A stretch of 64,000 bases of DNA from a virus (taxonomy: Duplodnaviria > Caudoviricetes): the IMG/VR virus record IMGVR_UViG_2898710591_000002, positions 7,401-71,400 of that record; one strand, 5' to 3'. Below are positions 54,401-61,512 of this stretch, one piece after another. The notes beneath the pieces were generated by a model, which saw only the letters and a program-made list of their open reading frames with translations, was not told the DNA's origin and ran no database searches. Numbering within the stretch: the stretch's first letter is position 1; each line of letters opens with the position of its first letter. Both the position numbers and the translations under genes were made by a program.

Positions 54401-56854
54401 GATAAGGTCAGTCGTGCTTTGTTTGATGGTACGATGGCAGATGAGGTATGGACGGATAGCGAGCTTGAGACAAGGTTTAATCTTGATGAAAATCAAAAGG
54501 ATATGTACCGCCGTGCTCGCGCTGCTATTGACTCGTCTGTGAGTCACATGACAGTCGATACACTATCATCATTGGCTAAAGGCACTAAGCTGATAAATAT
54601 CCATACCATCAATAGATTAAAGCTAGCAGAGCTCGCACCCATTGATCATAAACTAGCATTACAGCAACACATGGTCGATGAGTTGGCAAGACTGGCTCAG
54701 TCTGGCAGTATCACGCCAGCCGCAGAGAGACGCCTACAAAACCAATTAGATGAAGTGTTTGATGTGATGGACGGCATCGCGGTCAAGTACGATGACCTTG
54801 TTGAAAAAGGCTATGCGCCATTGATGCGTTTTGGACACTATGCCGTTGAGGTGCGTGATAAATCCACAGGCGAGTTGGACTTGTTCGAGCTTTACGAAAC
54901 CAAAGGCCAACAGCGCAAAGCCATCAAAGAGCTTAAAGAAAAGTATGACGAGAATGATTTTGAGGTCGGTACTGGTACGCTTAACCCCGATGCGTTTAAG
55001 CAATTTACCAATAAAGGGCTATCCCCTGAGACGGTACAGCTATTTGCCGCTGAGCTTGGACTTGATAATGACGGTGCCTATCAAGCGTACCTCAAAGTAG
55101 CAGTTAGCAACCAAAGCGCACTAAAACGCCTGATTCATCGTAAAAAAGTGCCAGGGTATAGTGAGGACTTGCCAAGAGTCCTATCATCATTCGTCATGAG
55201 TAATGCGCGTTACAGCGGTCGCGCCTTATACAATGGCGAGATTGAGAACGCCATACAAAAGATTGAGGACGGTAACTTGCAAGGCGAGGCGCAGAACGTC
55301 TTTGCTAACATGGAAAATCCACAAGAAGAGTTTGCAGGCGTGCGCGGATTGCTCTTCCATTACTACATGGGTTTTTCTACTGCATTTATGGCGCTCAACC
55401 TTACTCAGCCGCTTACTCAGACCATACCTAAGCTGACCGCTTATGTTGGTGCAGCGCGTGCGCATAGAGACATGACGCAGGCGCTAGGCATTGTCGCTAA
55501 GTACGCAGGCAAAGCGACGTTTGAGCTTGGCAAAAAAGTCACAGGCAACGCCACGCCCAACTGGAAGGGTTTTGAGGATCACTTGCCGGCATGGGTGAGA
55601 CAAGAGGACTACTTGCGCATGACTCGTGAGGGTCATCTTGATCCGCAAAATATCTGGATGATCCGTGGGCTTGAGCGCGGCAAGGCTGGCGTGATTAGCG
55701 GTCTATGGGGCAATTTATCGCGTGCCGCTGGTTGGGCCGCTGAGGTGTCAGAGACAATCAACCGTCGTGGCACTATGATAGCCGCCTTTAAAGCCGCTCA
55801 GACAATGGGTGATACTGAGCTGAGAGCGAAAGGCTTTAATAGCCGTTATGACTTTGCGGTATCAATCATTCAGCAGACGCAAGGGGTTTACAACAAGGGC
55901 AATCGCTCAGGGCTTGCGCGTGGTACTGGTAAGCTTGGGCAGTTTGGGCCGCTGGTTATGGTATTTAAGCAGTTTAGTATTAATTATGCTGAGCAGATGA
56001 TCCGTCACGGGCGCGATAAAGAAGTTAAATCAATCGCAGTCGCTATGACGTGGCAGTTTTTATTGGCTGGCGCGTTAGGCTTACCATTCACTGATGATTT
56101 GCGTGATATTGTAGAGGGCTTGCTATATCGCCTATTTGGACGCGCAACCAACCTTACGGCCTTTTTGCAAGATGAGCTGGGCAAAGAGAACGCAGACGCG
56201 CTCATGTATGGACTGCTAAGCGAGAAAACGCGATTTGATATGTATGGTCGCTCCAGCATGGGTAACTTTATCCCTGGCACTGACTTTGCTAGACCGAAAG
56301 AGGGCGATTGGGCAGAAGTTATCGGAGCGTCAAGCGGATTCTTTGAAAACTTCTTTACCGCTGGCGATATGATCACGAAAGGCCAGTACAAAGATGCAGC
56401 CGTTATAGCAGCACCGCGTTATGTTCGAGATGCGGCAGCAGGTATTGAGATTTGGAACAATGGCGCGTATCGCAACCAAAAAGGCGATAAGGTGATGGAT
56501 ATGGACCGCACTGATGCTGTCATCAAAGGTGCGTTACAGTTCAACCCAGCATCAAATGCACAGCAAGGCCGTGAACGTAGCGAGAAGTACCACATGAAAA
56601 ACATGGTGCTTGACAAGCAAAATCAGTTTGCTCTACAGTTGACAGAGGCGCTATATCAAGAGGACTACGATAGAGTTGACGAGCTTTATAATGACATGGA
56701 CGCCTGGAACGAGCGCAACCCTGAACACTTTAATGTAGATATTGATAAGATTGAAGAGTCGGCAGAGCGTCGTTTGGATAAGAAGGACTTTACCAGCGAT
56801 GATCGTCAGAGACTACCGGAGCAGTTAGATGACTATTTCACCGAAAGAGAATAA
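42467..56854 (+). CDS. 4795-aa DarB-like large polyvalent protein (N6-MTase, SNF2 helicase, zincin peptidase, ART-like and PLxRFG domains)
   Basis: LEPASGIG/VGNPPF; HAVGAGKT/DEAH/SGTP/QREGRIIRQGN; LLHELGGH; FKKWFGDSKVVD...YHGT...IVFDPEQIKS; GYAPLMRFG. Confidence 0.88.
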   Translation: MSLNDRLFSIASSAVEKQRKTRDSRSAVSKGFDVATNKSYVNEDKKAAAKALREWENKTWKPKVEARLKQELRARAPHLKPGSPKYNQTYESLFNKNYQDLQAAKAQVQQKIGTLRKPNQTQRELDNEYRTNESIRNDTVGTQAAAHAARDTVSAVGGALATGSSRLLRAPLQLAADVGENDDGGIFDRGAKALESYEDDISNNVYQAYGDIQQNGNFSQKLAVSAVEQVPSLAASFGAAGAAAKSVQAAGAGAKATAAASYGVAGASMYPQAYLDGSDSTKDELENATSEQLANAERSQDIYKGMFDKNVKAGMSEDEAHAKARDQTISEIAEESGENVGLATLALSMMAPGVGSFTANRAAGGAVSQWGQKVFNKLAARADASKAGKYAIPAAVGVGIAGLNVAEEGAQEGYTDYVAQKAAVDVGVKDKIDTAQNTEAVLMGGILGGLMGGATYAGTRNSKFKQAQDELKSAQQTYAEVAGQIPQLQEQIQTVSPRSEEGQALTARVEEARSTLDAMAAEAEKVGIPRTSLARRAPRIDPTNSFDSDFDGQVEGATELSEQEFENALNPDGTPAAPVQPVVDSQPSEQELDAQDAQIAELIAEQAALDEAIEDGSNDKPVEESLAAAQAWYDNKRGENKQGLSGVVSRAAAKVEDAAFAEQQQAIAGTGATINDYIAAQRAQQAQIDAEIEQAAEAAKTERERKAIEQAKQQREIERAEAEAAITKRAELAQPYEGESFDTTVVGADGTPFNLARFWDSTMPAAAKAKAIADAFGGQVEQNVAKADWQSMPEGVQKELHQWMTGQLDAVRQRRAGGDTQAQPISEPPLAPQSQQSVAPTASGLTMPVRAEQTPAAPVEAEPQAETVTPVAPVETDTATQLTDENPTINIPVPTQSKTVAPKDREGLAEYFAKKLDAQGRIYSQEETENAIREEMNVEFDFNNPVAYDAMESSEAYSQFAKEVLGKRKVDITGRKSKQTGIASTDDKDIYKSKPAAKAAIKKQKLDPNSVTIKQVKGGGFEIVPNAPAKPSYAQAQEQAANELGLSLDENGEYGGTDAEFEAFANRVDEIQGRSLNNSTPTPVAKTKPAPNKDVAIGKDGKAKWFGKQDKAQAFIDKKGISDTHEVVQAGKRFEILPKAQAAPQADVAKPETVPASPVKPPQSSVVKPETAPEKQDDSNRKLVVGDRVVAKNNNEYKITDVEFNSSGGVESVSTLLIPDASSPLAGKKRSPQKRSIAEFNSMFGSGVGDFEVPSATKKSSGKNITDEQFAELTSSRTTPSTPTGVQSAPAKRAAAKKAKKQSDATAEPKSRFADNKLFTEDKVAAARARLKSKLTQVNSGLDPEILMDGITLAGAYIESGVRKFADYAKMMMEDVGPEVKPYLLSFWNSARDYPGLDSEGMTSEADSRAEFNKLMAEPVSPALTSDEKAVQEVFGMPLSNVSNIVFKKSERLEIKAKRTRNQDDQAAANKAKREARQNIMDVEQAVIDYAKRKMTLGRFLDSKAGRYQDLIDAAYEDRDKQAGFTGNKASDTKPASEPAKTEQSKYPQTVGSGPQMKTFIGENQAGLPLYENESGVRAIEEYGIFNNETVSITPTGIEQQPRENRYLTKEELAAKTKHPESIDVGDDKRLFVGENMDGEPIYEDKNGIRSKPEGNFMASEPVGINLGSEGPAYDVSRRADKFKTVEELNEDSNDDTGTSNQDDRARAELDRIREFDQADEKRWNAGSAQAKSTSDVDAVDGRSDRSDTNPSDADSKSAAASQRAGANDSSSRADSVESDDRTAQASDATPTVKPKNHVIDADQTSGKLSWQKVAERNVDIIELLKQLDSEGRQATSDEQALLAQYAGWGSSEIANGIFPNPDTGKYKSDSWRALGEKLKSLLTDSEYDTARRTTQYAHYTPPVLVNGIYKALEGFGFKGGQVLEPASGIGVFNGLMPSKLANSSTYVGLELDPITGRIAQQLYPESSMRIDDYIKAKLPDNHFDVAVGNPPFAGISVDYKGAGKNSTKQSMQLHDYFFAKTLDKLKPGGVMAFVTSKGTMDKKGSSVREYLAEQADLIGAIRLPQTAFKENAGTEVVTDIIFLRKRHEGEQPSDTAWASVKSIKASGKPTAINEYFVNNPDMVLGEHAIVSGRFGDTYTVTPNKGDFAKQVDNAIAKLPKDVFNPQRGSQAEAVKVMDLDYDPASAANKEGGVYLKDGKLMRVVDGVGKPLTQRYGTNGKAINLSAKDIAFMTDYVGVRDALKQAQRDQLTDSDTWEDSLANLNEVYDAFVKKHGRLMAHSVSERENADGTTTVTKRFKNKQRLFLDVEGVLASALENVIDDGKGTVVKGSFFEGRSLRKPKAPTIKSTQDALVYTLDEKGVLDIARIAALTGKTEPQIIEELGEQIYNDPQSKQWDLAETYLSGNVVDKLKKAEIAAKTNKSYSRNVAALKAVQPAPIAPNDIASNMGAAWIPGSVINEFSQQVLGANVTAKYSPVVGLWDVGGTSKSSDYSTADRSAVQLVESILNSRKISISRKSPDGSTYIDSVATELANEVARKIKTEFKNWLWSDDTRAQELADYYNKTYNNIVPPTFNGDHLTLAGMSNKIQLRAPQKRGIYRVIRQGDVYLNHAVGAGKTFTMIAAAMEEKRLGLINKPMFVVPNHMLDQFSQEFLMLYPAANIMVADEQNFHTHNRKQFVAQAALNTPDAIIITHSSFERIGVKPDTKKAFLEDKIAEWRAALELTKASDGDNRISVKQLERNIESLERSLEDILNAKEKDGAVFFEDMGVDKLYIDEAHEFRKLNFVTKMGNIKGIDPAGSQKAMDLDLKLQLLRENNPSRAFVGASGTPVTNTMGELYTIQRYFQPDQLEQDGLHHFDSWANQFGEVVEGLEQNAAGNYEVVPRFARFVNVPELMSRVRSFMDVLTSNDLSDYVTRPEVKTGGREVVAIPTPDGFKEYQASLAARIEAIRKRSGKPEKGDDIILSVIGDGRFSAIDMRFVDPTLPSDPNSKLNTVIRDMAEAYHATADNEYMTDGAVDDINGGALMMFTDIGLGEQSAASRGFDMKQWITDELVRLGVDPDHIAFMRDNKTHAKKGKLFDDMRQGRKRIMIGGKDMETGVNAQKRLTHLFHLDAPWFPASVEQREGRIIRQGNQNKEVVIRAYATKGSYDSTMWSMVARKARFIEQAMRGDMTVRSMDDVSEASAFEQASALSSGDPRSLQLAGLRQDVERLNRQLSGFQNEKFKNQSQAKQARQTLARAERELDAINKLLPTHKTVETGDVIGKVGSKSFDNRTEFGQAIIAEYNKYAKDYHIGEQVLGTVAGYDVVYNGVMMGGGNFYADANINIPKADDAALFDTDNVKDTRPDGLTTRIINRVNKLADYKAKVEAVIEQAQTDAANFERRAGKSFDAQTELDEKTAELIALEEELATEAELLKAASEGNGLTEEDRVPGTEEPKFSKANPAKGLTGTTAKQVISLLQDRFGKEAVAQLIKAGKLRVRTLNDFVDNNGRLLIPSDAEGFYYDGKVTLIADNLTPETVVATLLHELGGHAGIQSMLSTQTYMGLMENFYGLVKSGNKYAVRAKQRAEASTHSASEARDEYIPYLITEYAQATERGGPLAVIKRFVNRVMAGVRAWVRNHTGVQLKMTPNDMVQLAERMVKRLAEQSMDSVTIAGMDNTAAMPQYSQESTNQTATPAFKKWFGDSKVVDGNGKPLVVYHGTNANFNTFSASDVGIHVGTEDQANSRAEQKEGGDFKLMPLYVKAENPLRLKDARSWKDPEWYLLESGISSYLPASLQQKISDFAQENRAAKDLNTPEGQKKAYKKAMAINSEVARFLKDELGYDSIVYANTHDGTTQDNKVKADDSWIVFDPEQIKSATNNIGTFDANNPDIRFSRRYSNLGIDTSPTTAKEKAIDAAKQSAATALSSKFNLSLLLRRHLATPLHVGMLNPSFKKFFENVQARIAYENNEAGRIQEYMPEIWDTRLMVGKRKEAIDKVSRALFDGTMADEVWTDSELETRFNLDENQKDMYRRARAAIDSSVSHMTVDTLSSLAKGTKLINIHTINRLKLAELAPIDHKLALQQHMVDELARLAQSGSITPAAERRLQNQLDEVFDVMDGIAVKYDDLVEKGYAPLMRFGHYAVEVRDKSTGELDLFELYETKGQQRKAIKELKEKYDENDFEVGTGTLNPDAFKQFTNKGLSPETVQLFAAELGLDNDGAYQAYLKVAVSNQSALKRLIHRKKVPGYSEDLPRVLSSFVMSNARYSGRALYNGEIENAIQKIEDGNLQGEAQNVFANMENPQEEFAGVRGLLFHYYMGFSTAFMALNLTQPLTQTIPKLTAYVGAARAHRDMTQALGIVAKYAGKATFELGKKVTGNATPNWKGFEDHLPAWVRQEDYLRMTREGHLDPQNIWMIRGLERGKAGVISGLWGNLSRAAGWAAEVSETINRRGTMIAAFKAAQTMGDTELRAKGFNSRYDFAVSIIQQTQGVYNKGNRSGLARGTGKLGQFGPLVMVFKQFSINYAEQMIRHGRDKEVKSIAVAMTWQFLLAGALGLPFTDDLRDIVEGLLYRLFGRATNLTAFLQDELGKENADALMYGLLSEKTRFDMYGRSSMGNFIPGTDFARPKEGDWAEVIGASSGFFENFFTAGDMITKGQYKDAAVIAAPRYVRDAAAGIEIWNNGAYRNQKGDKVMDMDRTDAVIKGALQFNPASNAQQGRERSEKYHMKNMVLDKQNQFALQLTEALYQEDYDRVDELYNDMDAWNERNPEHFNVDIDKIEESAERRLDKKDFTSDDRQRLPEQLDDYFTERE

Positions 56855-57029
56855 TTTGCCTGCCAGACAAAGTAAGTTTATAGAATATCCAGTGCGCTTT
56901 ATCGTGGGCGCAGTGGATATCTATGCGCGACTTGCAGTGATTGCCGTGGTTATTGGTATCGCCTTGTCGATACTTTACACAGTGATCTTCTTGCCGCTGG
57001 CATGGTTGTACGGTGTGGCCTATAAATAG
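56829..57029 (+). CDS. Small membrane protein
   Basis: Hydrophobic C-terminal half; start uncertain (TTG at 56856 possible). Confidence 0.45.
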   Translation: MTISPKENNLPARQSKFIEYPVRFIVGAVDIYARLAVIAVVIGIALSILYTVIFLPLAWLYGVAYK

Positions 57030-57069
57030 CTACACTTAGCTACACTTAGCTAGGTTTAGCTGTTATAAT
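57027..57069 (+). promoter_or_regulatory. Extended -10 promoter overlapped by four TAGCT repeats at 10-bp period
   Basis: TAGCT at 57027, 57037, 57047 and 57057; TGtTATAAT at 57061-57069. Confidence 0.6.
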
Positions 57070-57072
57070 TAA

Positions 57073-57125
57073 TTGTCGGATAGGGTAGCTCCCGAAAGCA
57101 AGTGACGCTAACTTGTTTCCGACAA
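57073..57125 (+). ncRNA. c4-antisense-like three-way-junction RNA candidate
   Basis: Closing stem TTGTCGGA/TCCGACAA; hairpins GGG-TAGCT-CCC and AAGCAAGT-GACGCTA-ACTTGTTT. Confidence 0.5.
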
Positions 57126-57158
57126 CTAACTAATAGCGATTACTGAGCGAGTAATGAT

Positions 57159-57548
57159 ATGACTAAGCATAAAGACATATACTTTCAAGACGCAGAAGGC
57201 GCTACTACTGCAACTAAAGACGGTGACAAAGTAACACTTGCTTTAAACAACCCACCTTCTTTTTTAAATAAACTGCGCTTTTATACTGTTGTTTTTAACT
57301 ATGGCAACGAGTGGCAGCAATACTTAACAGAAGATGAAAAAAATGGGTTGTGTTTTGCGAACGGTGATAAGTATCCGATGAGGGTTTACGATAGTTATGA
57401 GCAAGCCAAGCAAGTAATGGGCAAGCTGTCAGATGCATCATTCCCAAACGAGGGCGTCTTGCAAGTGTGCTCATTAGAATTAAGTGCAGTCGGAGAGCCT
57501 AGCAAGGGTAATCCTGATTTTCTAGGCGGCATCCTTAAGAGTAAGTAG
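57159..57548 (+). CDS. Moron-like hypothetical protein
   Basis: 129-aa ORF with its own promoter, leader and terminator. Confidence 0.7.
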   Translation: MTKHKDIYFQDAEGATTATKDGDKVTLALNNPPSFLNKLRFYTVVFNYGNEWQQYLTEDEKNGLCFANGDKYPMRVYDSYEQAKQVMGKLSDASFPNEGVLQVCSLELSAVGEPSKGNPDFLGGILKSK

Positions 57549-57586
57549 GTAGCATGAAGCAACAGAAGTAATATAATAATTAAACC

Positions 57587-57617
57587 AAAGACCTCACCTA
57601 AGCGTGGGGTTTTTTTA
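57587..57617 (+). terminator. Intrinsic terminator
   Basis: agacctcac-ctaagc-gtggggt followed by a T-run. Confidence 0.65.
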
Positions 57618-57639
57618 TTTGTCTATATTTAGCTACATC

Positions 57640-57729
57640 GAGGTGTAAAAATGTCTAAAACCTACCCATTAATGTCTAATATGGGTAAAAAATGTCTAAA
57701 TTTACACCTCAATGTCTAAATTTAGACAT
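57640..57729. repeat. ATGTCTAA array with self-complementary spacers
   Basis: ATGTCTAA at 57651, 57672, 57692 and 57712; inverted copy at 57722-57729. Confidence 0.75.
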
Positions 57730-57754
57730 AAAAAAGCCCTACAGTTAAACCTTG

Positions 57755-59011
57755 CTAGTGTATTTTATACAATCTTTCGATAACCTCGTCTTGCGTCATG
57801 CCAGCCTCACTGAAGGCAAAGTTTTCAATATCATTCATAGCGGCACGCAGTCTTTTTTGACTGACCTGAATGTACTGTAGAGTAACATCGTCGGACGACT
57901 TCGATGCTCTGTGATTCATTAGACGCTTAATGACCGATATATTTAGGTTTAGGATATCACCAATGGTTGAGAAGGTGCGACGCAGATCGTGTGGTGTTAT
58001 ATGAATGCCAGCGATATCGCCAATGTTTTTGTATTGCTTCGATATGTCAGTCAAGTTACCATCGCACTCTTTTAAACGAGAGGGGAATACCCACGGCTCG
58101 CCTTGGCTGTAGTGATAACGGTGAGCAAGCATAGCGCACATGACTTTACCTAATGGCACATGCAAAGTGTCACCATTTTTGGTTTCGTGAATGGTCATAG
58201 TGCCGTGTTTTAAATCGATATAATCCCATCTGAGGGTATAACCTTCGCTGGCACGTATGCCAGTGCATAAAAATAGCAGCATGATATCGCGTGCGTTGTT
58301 GCTATGCGGCTGCATGGTGTGAAAATCTTCGCTTTGAAAATCTAGTAGCACGCGCACATAATTACCCATCGTATCTTCGTTTAGGTACTTGGTGCGTGGC
58401 TTAACAGTATTCCATAGTTTTTTGGCTGTCAGTATCTCAACCGGGCTGGGTTTGATAATAGGGGATTCAGTCTTATCTAAAAAACTCAGGCGCGAGAAAT
58501 TCCACACCGCATTAAGCGCCCGAAAAGTAGCGTTGGCTTGTGATGGGCTGAGCATCGTCAACTCTAAATGCTTTTCGGTGACATTGCTTTGCATGATCTC
58601 ATTCATCGATCTGTCCATCCACTCGGCAAGCTTGCCAGGTATCTGTCTGTTGTAAGTGGCTATGGTCGCTGGCTTAAGCCCAGGCTTGTGAGTAATGTAA
58701 TACTCATAAGCTTCGCCAAGCGTTGGGACCACCACATCTTTTGAGTCGTCGCTGAACGGATCCTTACCTTGCATCAAGTCAGCAATAATAGACATGGCTT
58801 GTTCGCGCGCATCCTGCAATGTCATGACCGAGCAATCACCGATAGACTTGCGGATCATCTTGCCGCCAATTCGCTTGCTAATCATGTAAGTCTTTGTTGT
58901 CTTGTTGGTGCGAACCGCAAAACCATTAACCAACTCGTCTTGGTAAACGTCCGCTTTATCTGAATATTCAAGGCCGTCTATAAACCTCTTTGTAAGCTTA
59001 ACCCGCGCCAT
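57755..59011 (-). CDS. int: Prophage tyrosine integrase
   Basis: Arm-binding N-terminal domain; TGIRASE, TKNG, HDLRRT, LMNH and QY catalytic motifs; adjacent to att. Confidence 0.93.
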   Translation of the reverse strand: MARVKLTKRFIDGLEYSDKADVYQDELVNGFAVRTNKTTKTYMISKRIGGKMIRKSIGDCSVMTLQDAREQAMSIIADLMQGKDPFSDDSKDVVVPTLGEAYEYYITHKPGLKPATIATYNRQIPGKLAEWMDRSMNEIMQSNVTEKHLELTMLSPSQANATFRALNAVWNFSRLSFLDKTESPIIKPSPVEILTAKKLWNTVKPRTKYLNEDTMGNYVRVLLDFQSEDFHTMQPHSNNARDIMLLFLCTGIRASEGYTLRWDYIDLKHGTMTIHETKNGDTLHVPLGKVMCAMLAHRYHYSQGEPWVFPSRLKECDGNLTDISKQYKNIGDIAGIHITPHDLRRTFSTIGDILNLNISVIKRLMNHRASKSSDDVTLQYIQVSQKRLRAAMNDIENFAFSEAGMTQDEVIERLYKIH

Positions 59012-59142
59012 GACAGCCTCCTATGTCGTTAATTTTCTTGGTTATGATATCTGATAAGCGGCGTGATAAGAAGTTCCCATATAGTGCCCATAAGAGTGTT
59101 TTTGGCTATTTAAAACACACCAAAACATAAATTTTAGACAAT

Positions 59143-59179
59143 AAAAAACCCTTACAGGTCAATGGCTGTAAGGGTTTGA
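59143..59179 (-). terminator. Phage-supplied terminator downstream of the tRNA
   Basis: aaacccttacag-ccattgac-ctgtaaggg-T6 on the minus strand. Confidence 0.7.
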
Positions 59180-59181
59180 AG

Positions 59182-59229
59182 ATGGTGGGCCCAGTAGGAC
59201 TTGAACCTACGACCAAAGGATTATGAGTC
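59182..59229. repeat. Prophage att core, right copy (within the intact tRNA)
   Basis: Identical to 5709-5756. Confidence 0.95.
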
Positions 59230-59259
59230 CTCTGCTCTAACCAACTGAGCTATGGGCCC
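59183..59259 (-). tRNA. tRNA with CAT anticodon, probably tRNA-Ile2 (lysidine-modified)
   Basis: GGGCCCATAGCTCAGTTGGTTAGAGCAGAGGACTCATAATCCTTTGGTCGTAGGTTCAAGTCCTACTGGGCCCACCA folds as a cloverleaf with encoded CCA. The acceptor stem resembles ileX-type rather than Met tRNAs. Confidence 0.92.
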
Positions 59260-59355
59260 TAACGTTAGACGCATAATGATACCTGATTTTTTTTAATTTT
59301 CAAGTAAAAGATAGCCTGTCAGACAGATATTATTCAAAATCAGCTATTTTTTTGA

Positions 59356-60168
59356 TCAAACACTACCACCTGCCAAAGTCAAATGGCGTCCACCATCGAT
59401 GGTGATGATCTCGCCTGTGACATAGCTGGCCTGTGCTAGATACAGCACGCTATGGGCTATCTCATCAGGGCGACCAATACGCTGCATCGGTATAGAGCTG
59501 AGAATGTTCTTTTGTTCATCATCATTGAGAGCCTGATCACTATCAGCGTCGGGCAGTATATTGACGCCTGGCGCGACACCATTGACCCGTACGCTAGGTG
59601 CCATCTCAAGCGCCAAGGACTGCACCATCATACGATGCGCTGCCTTTGCCATATTATAAGCGCTATAGCCTTTAAATGGCCTATCATGAGCATGGATGTC
59701 TAGCAAGCTAATGATGCAGCCGTGCTGAGTTTGCAGATAAGGCAAGAATGCTTGACTGAGTAATAACGGCGCTTTGGCATTGGTCAGAAACAGCTCGTCC
59801 CACTGCTGAGTATTAGTGCTACCAAGGGGAGTAGGATAAAAACGCGAGGCGTTATGCACCAATACATCCAACTGACCAAAACAGGATATGATGTTCGCTA
59901 CAAAGTCGTTTAGGCGCTTAGGCTCATTGACCAGCTTTAAGTCAGCGACGATCATCGCCGCGCTATCAGGACGGCGGCGATTGAGATCGGCAGTGAGCGC
60001 CTTTGCTTGCTGCTCACTGTGACGACAGTGGATAATGACTCGGTAGCCTTGAGTATGCGCCGCTTTAATAATAGCGGCTCCGATACGTTTGGCGCTGCCA
60101 GTAACGAGCATGACAGGCGCGTCTGCGTTGGCAGTTGCCGACTGAATAGGGATAACGGCTTGATTCAT
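59356..60168 (-). CDS. Pteridine reductase/FolM-like SDR
   Basis: TGSAKRIG, HNAS.F, YNMAK and VNGVAPG. Confidence 0.85.
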   Translation of the reverse strand: MNQAVIPIQSATANADAPVMLVTGSAKRIGAAIIKAAHTQGYRVIIHCRHSEQQAKALTADLNRRRPDSAAMIVADLKLVNEPKRLNDFVANIISCFGQLDVLVHNASRFYPTPLGSTNTQQWDELFLTNAKAPLLLSQAFLPYLQTQHGCIISLLDIHAHDRPFKGYSAYNMAKAAHRMMVQSLALEMAPSVRVNGVAPGVNILPDADSDQALNDDEQKNILSSIPMQRIGRPDEIAHSVLYLAQASYVTGEIITIDGGRHLTLAGGSV

Positions 60169-60266
60169 AGTCTATCTGTATTTTTGGTATAAAGGAGTAA
60201 AGTCGCAGCAGTACTATATCTTAGGAGTTATATCAGGACGCACTTTGACGGTTCGGTTATCCTCAC

Positions 60267-61454
60267 TTAAGAGGGGTGCTGAGTGTCCAGATGATCTATG
60301 CGCGCTTGCCGTAATGCTGCACCAATTTCTGGCCCTCGAAGTCCGGCTTCGATATCCTCCATACCAATCGCGTGAAAACTATTGAGAGCCAGCATCATTT
60401 GCCGATGCTGCTTTGCCAACTGAAAAGTATGACTACATACCAACAGCTGTGAGAGCTTCTCAGGTGCTTTATGAGCGCCGCAGGCTTGTATGAGGTCAAT
60501 TCTTTCAGCGGCATCCAGCTCATTGATAGCGGCTAGGGTAGGGAGCTGCTGGACAAATAAATTGGCAAATTGAGTATGTACTTTGGGCACTTTGACCATG
60601 TTGCCAATTTGGTTGATATTTTTTGTCGCAGAGGCAGTCTCAACGCTAGAGTCTGTGTGAGCGTTTGTAAACACATCAGCGCTCAGGCTCGTCATCAGTA
60701 GCGCCCAGCGCTGTGATAAATTCAGCTGCATTTGACCAGCAAAATATAGTGCCGTCTGCACCGTCTCTCTTATATGCGTATTATTCCAAGCCCCATGTAA
60801 TGGCGCAAAATACTCGGTAAGTGCACCGATATCAAACAACTGCTGCCAGTACACATGCGGGGAGAGCTGCATCATCGCGCGGCTCGATTCTTGCCAAATG
60901 CGCTCACTACTGAGGTGAGCAAGCTCTCCTGAGTGGACCAGTTGGCGCATCAATGCCAGTGTCTCCTCAGCGATGGTAAAGCCCAAATCATAATAACGCC
61001 CATAAAATCGTGCGGTGCGCAGTACCCGTAAAGGGTCTTCACTAAACGCAGGTGAGACATGACGCAAGGTCTTATTCGCAAGATCATCCAATCCGCCGTA
61101 GTAGTCAAGCACCTCGCCTGTCAGCGGCGTGTCATCGGTTAGGCTAGTGACTTCTATCGCCATTGCATTGATGGTCAGATCACGGCGCTGCAGGTCTTCT
61201 TGCAAAGTAACATCGATGCTGGCATGGATACTAAATCCTTGATAGCCGACGCCTTGTTTGCGCTCAGTACGCGCTAGCGCATACTCTTCATGCGTTTTTG
61301 GATGCAAAAACACCGGAAAGTCTGCGCCTACTTGTACAAACCCAGCACTGAGCATCTGTGCTACTGTCGCGCCCACGACGACGTAGTCTTTGTCCTTGAT
61401 AGGTCGTCCTAGTAGCTGGTCGCGGACGGCTCCGCCAACAAGATAAATCTGCAT
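60267..61454 (-). CDS. cca: CCA-adding tRNA nucleotidyltransferase
   Basis: YLVGGAVRD...[26 protein letters not shown] and EDPLRVLR. Confidence 0.93.
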   Translation of the reverse strand: MQIYLVGGAVRDQLLGRPIKDKDYVVVGATVAQMLSAGFVQVGADFPVFLHPKTHEEYALARTERKQGVGYQGFSIHASIDVTLQEDLQRRDLTINAMAIEVTSLTDDTPLTGEVLDYYGGLDDLANKTLRHVSPAFSEDPLRVLRTARFYGRYYDLGFTIAEETLALMRQLVHSGELAHLSSERIWQESSRAMMQLSPHVYWQQLFDIGALTEYFAPLHGAWNNTHIRETVQTALYFAGQMQLNLSQRWALLMTSLSADVFTNAHTDSSVETASATKNINQIGNMVKVPKVHTQFANLFVQQLPTLAAINELDAAERIDLIQACGAHKAPEKLSQLLVCSHTFQLAKQHRQMMLALNSFHAIGMEDIEAGLRGPEIGAALRQARIDHLDTQHPS

Positions 61455-61512
61455 GATAGCCTCGTATTATCGCGCAAGTTAGGACTGATATGTGCCATCA
61501 GTCAATGACAAT

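Larger units (their letters stand above)
5709..59229. mobile_element. Temperate prophage, ~53.5 kb, apparently intact, podovirus-type (Bcep22/933W-like virion module, lambdoid early region)
   Basis: 48-bp att repeats, integrase, repressor switch, replication, terminase, portal, capsid, lysis and ejection genes. No tape-measure or sheath gene was recognised. Confidence 0.93.

Noticed and set aside
42495-56616. Many 60-140 aa alternative-frame and antisense ORFs within the giant gene and other long genes
   Set aside because: They show no recognisable motifs and are expected shadow ORFs of long coding regions.
57640-57729. Mini-CRISPR array
   Set aside because: Repeats (8-10 bp) and spacers (10-12 bp) are far too short, and no cas genes are in the window.
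57717-59158. Direct repeats flanking int (aaatttagacataaaaaagccctacag vs aaattttagacaataaaaaacccttacag)
   Set aside because: Both look like terminator tails, and similar TTTT..TGTCTA tails follow other terminators (~39745, ~57615). A mobile int cassette is not supported.
61096-61104. CTACTACGG in host cca as an sRNA target
   Set aside because: It is mid-CDS (DYYG codons) and consistent with chance occurrence.
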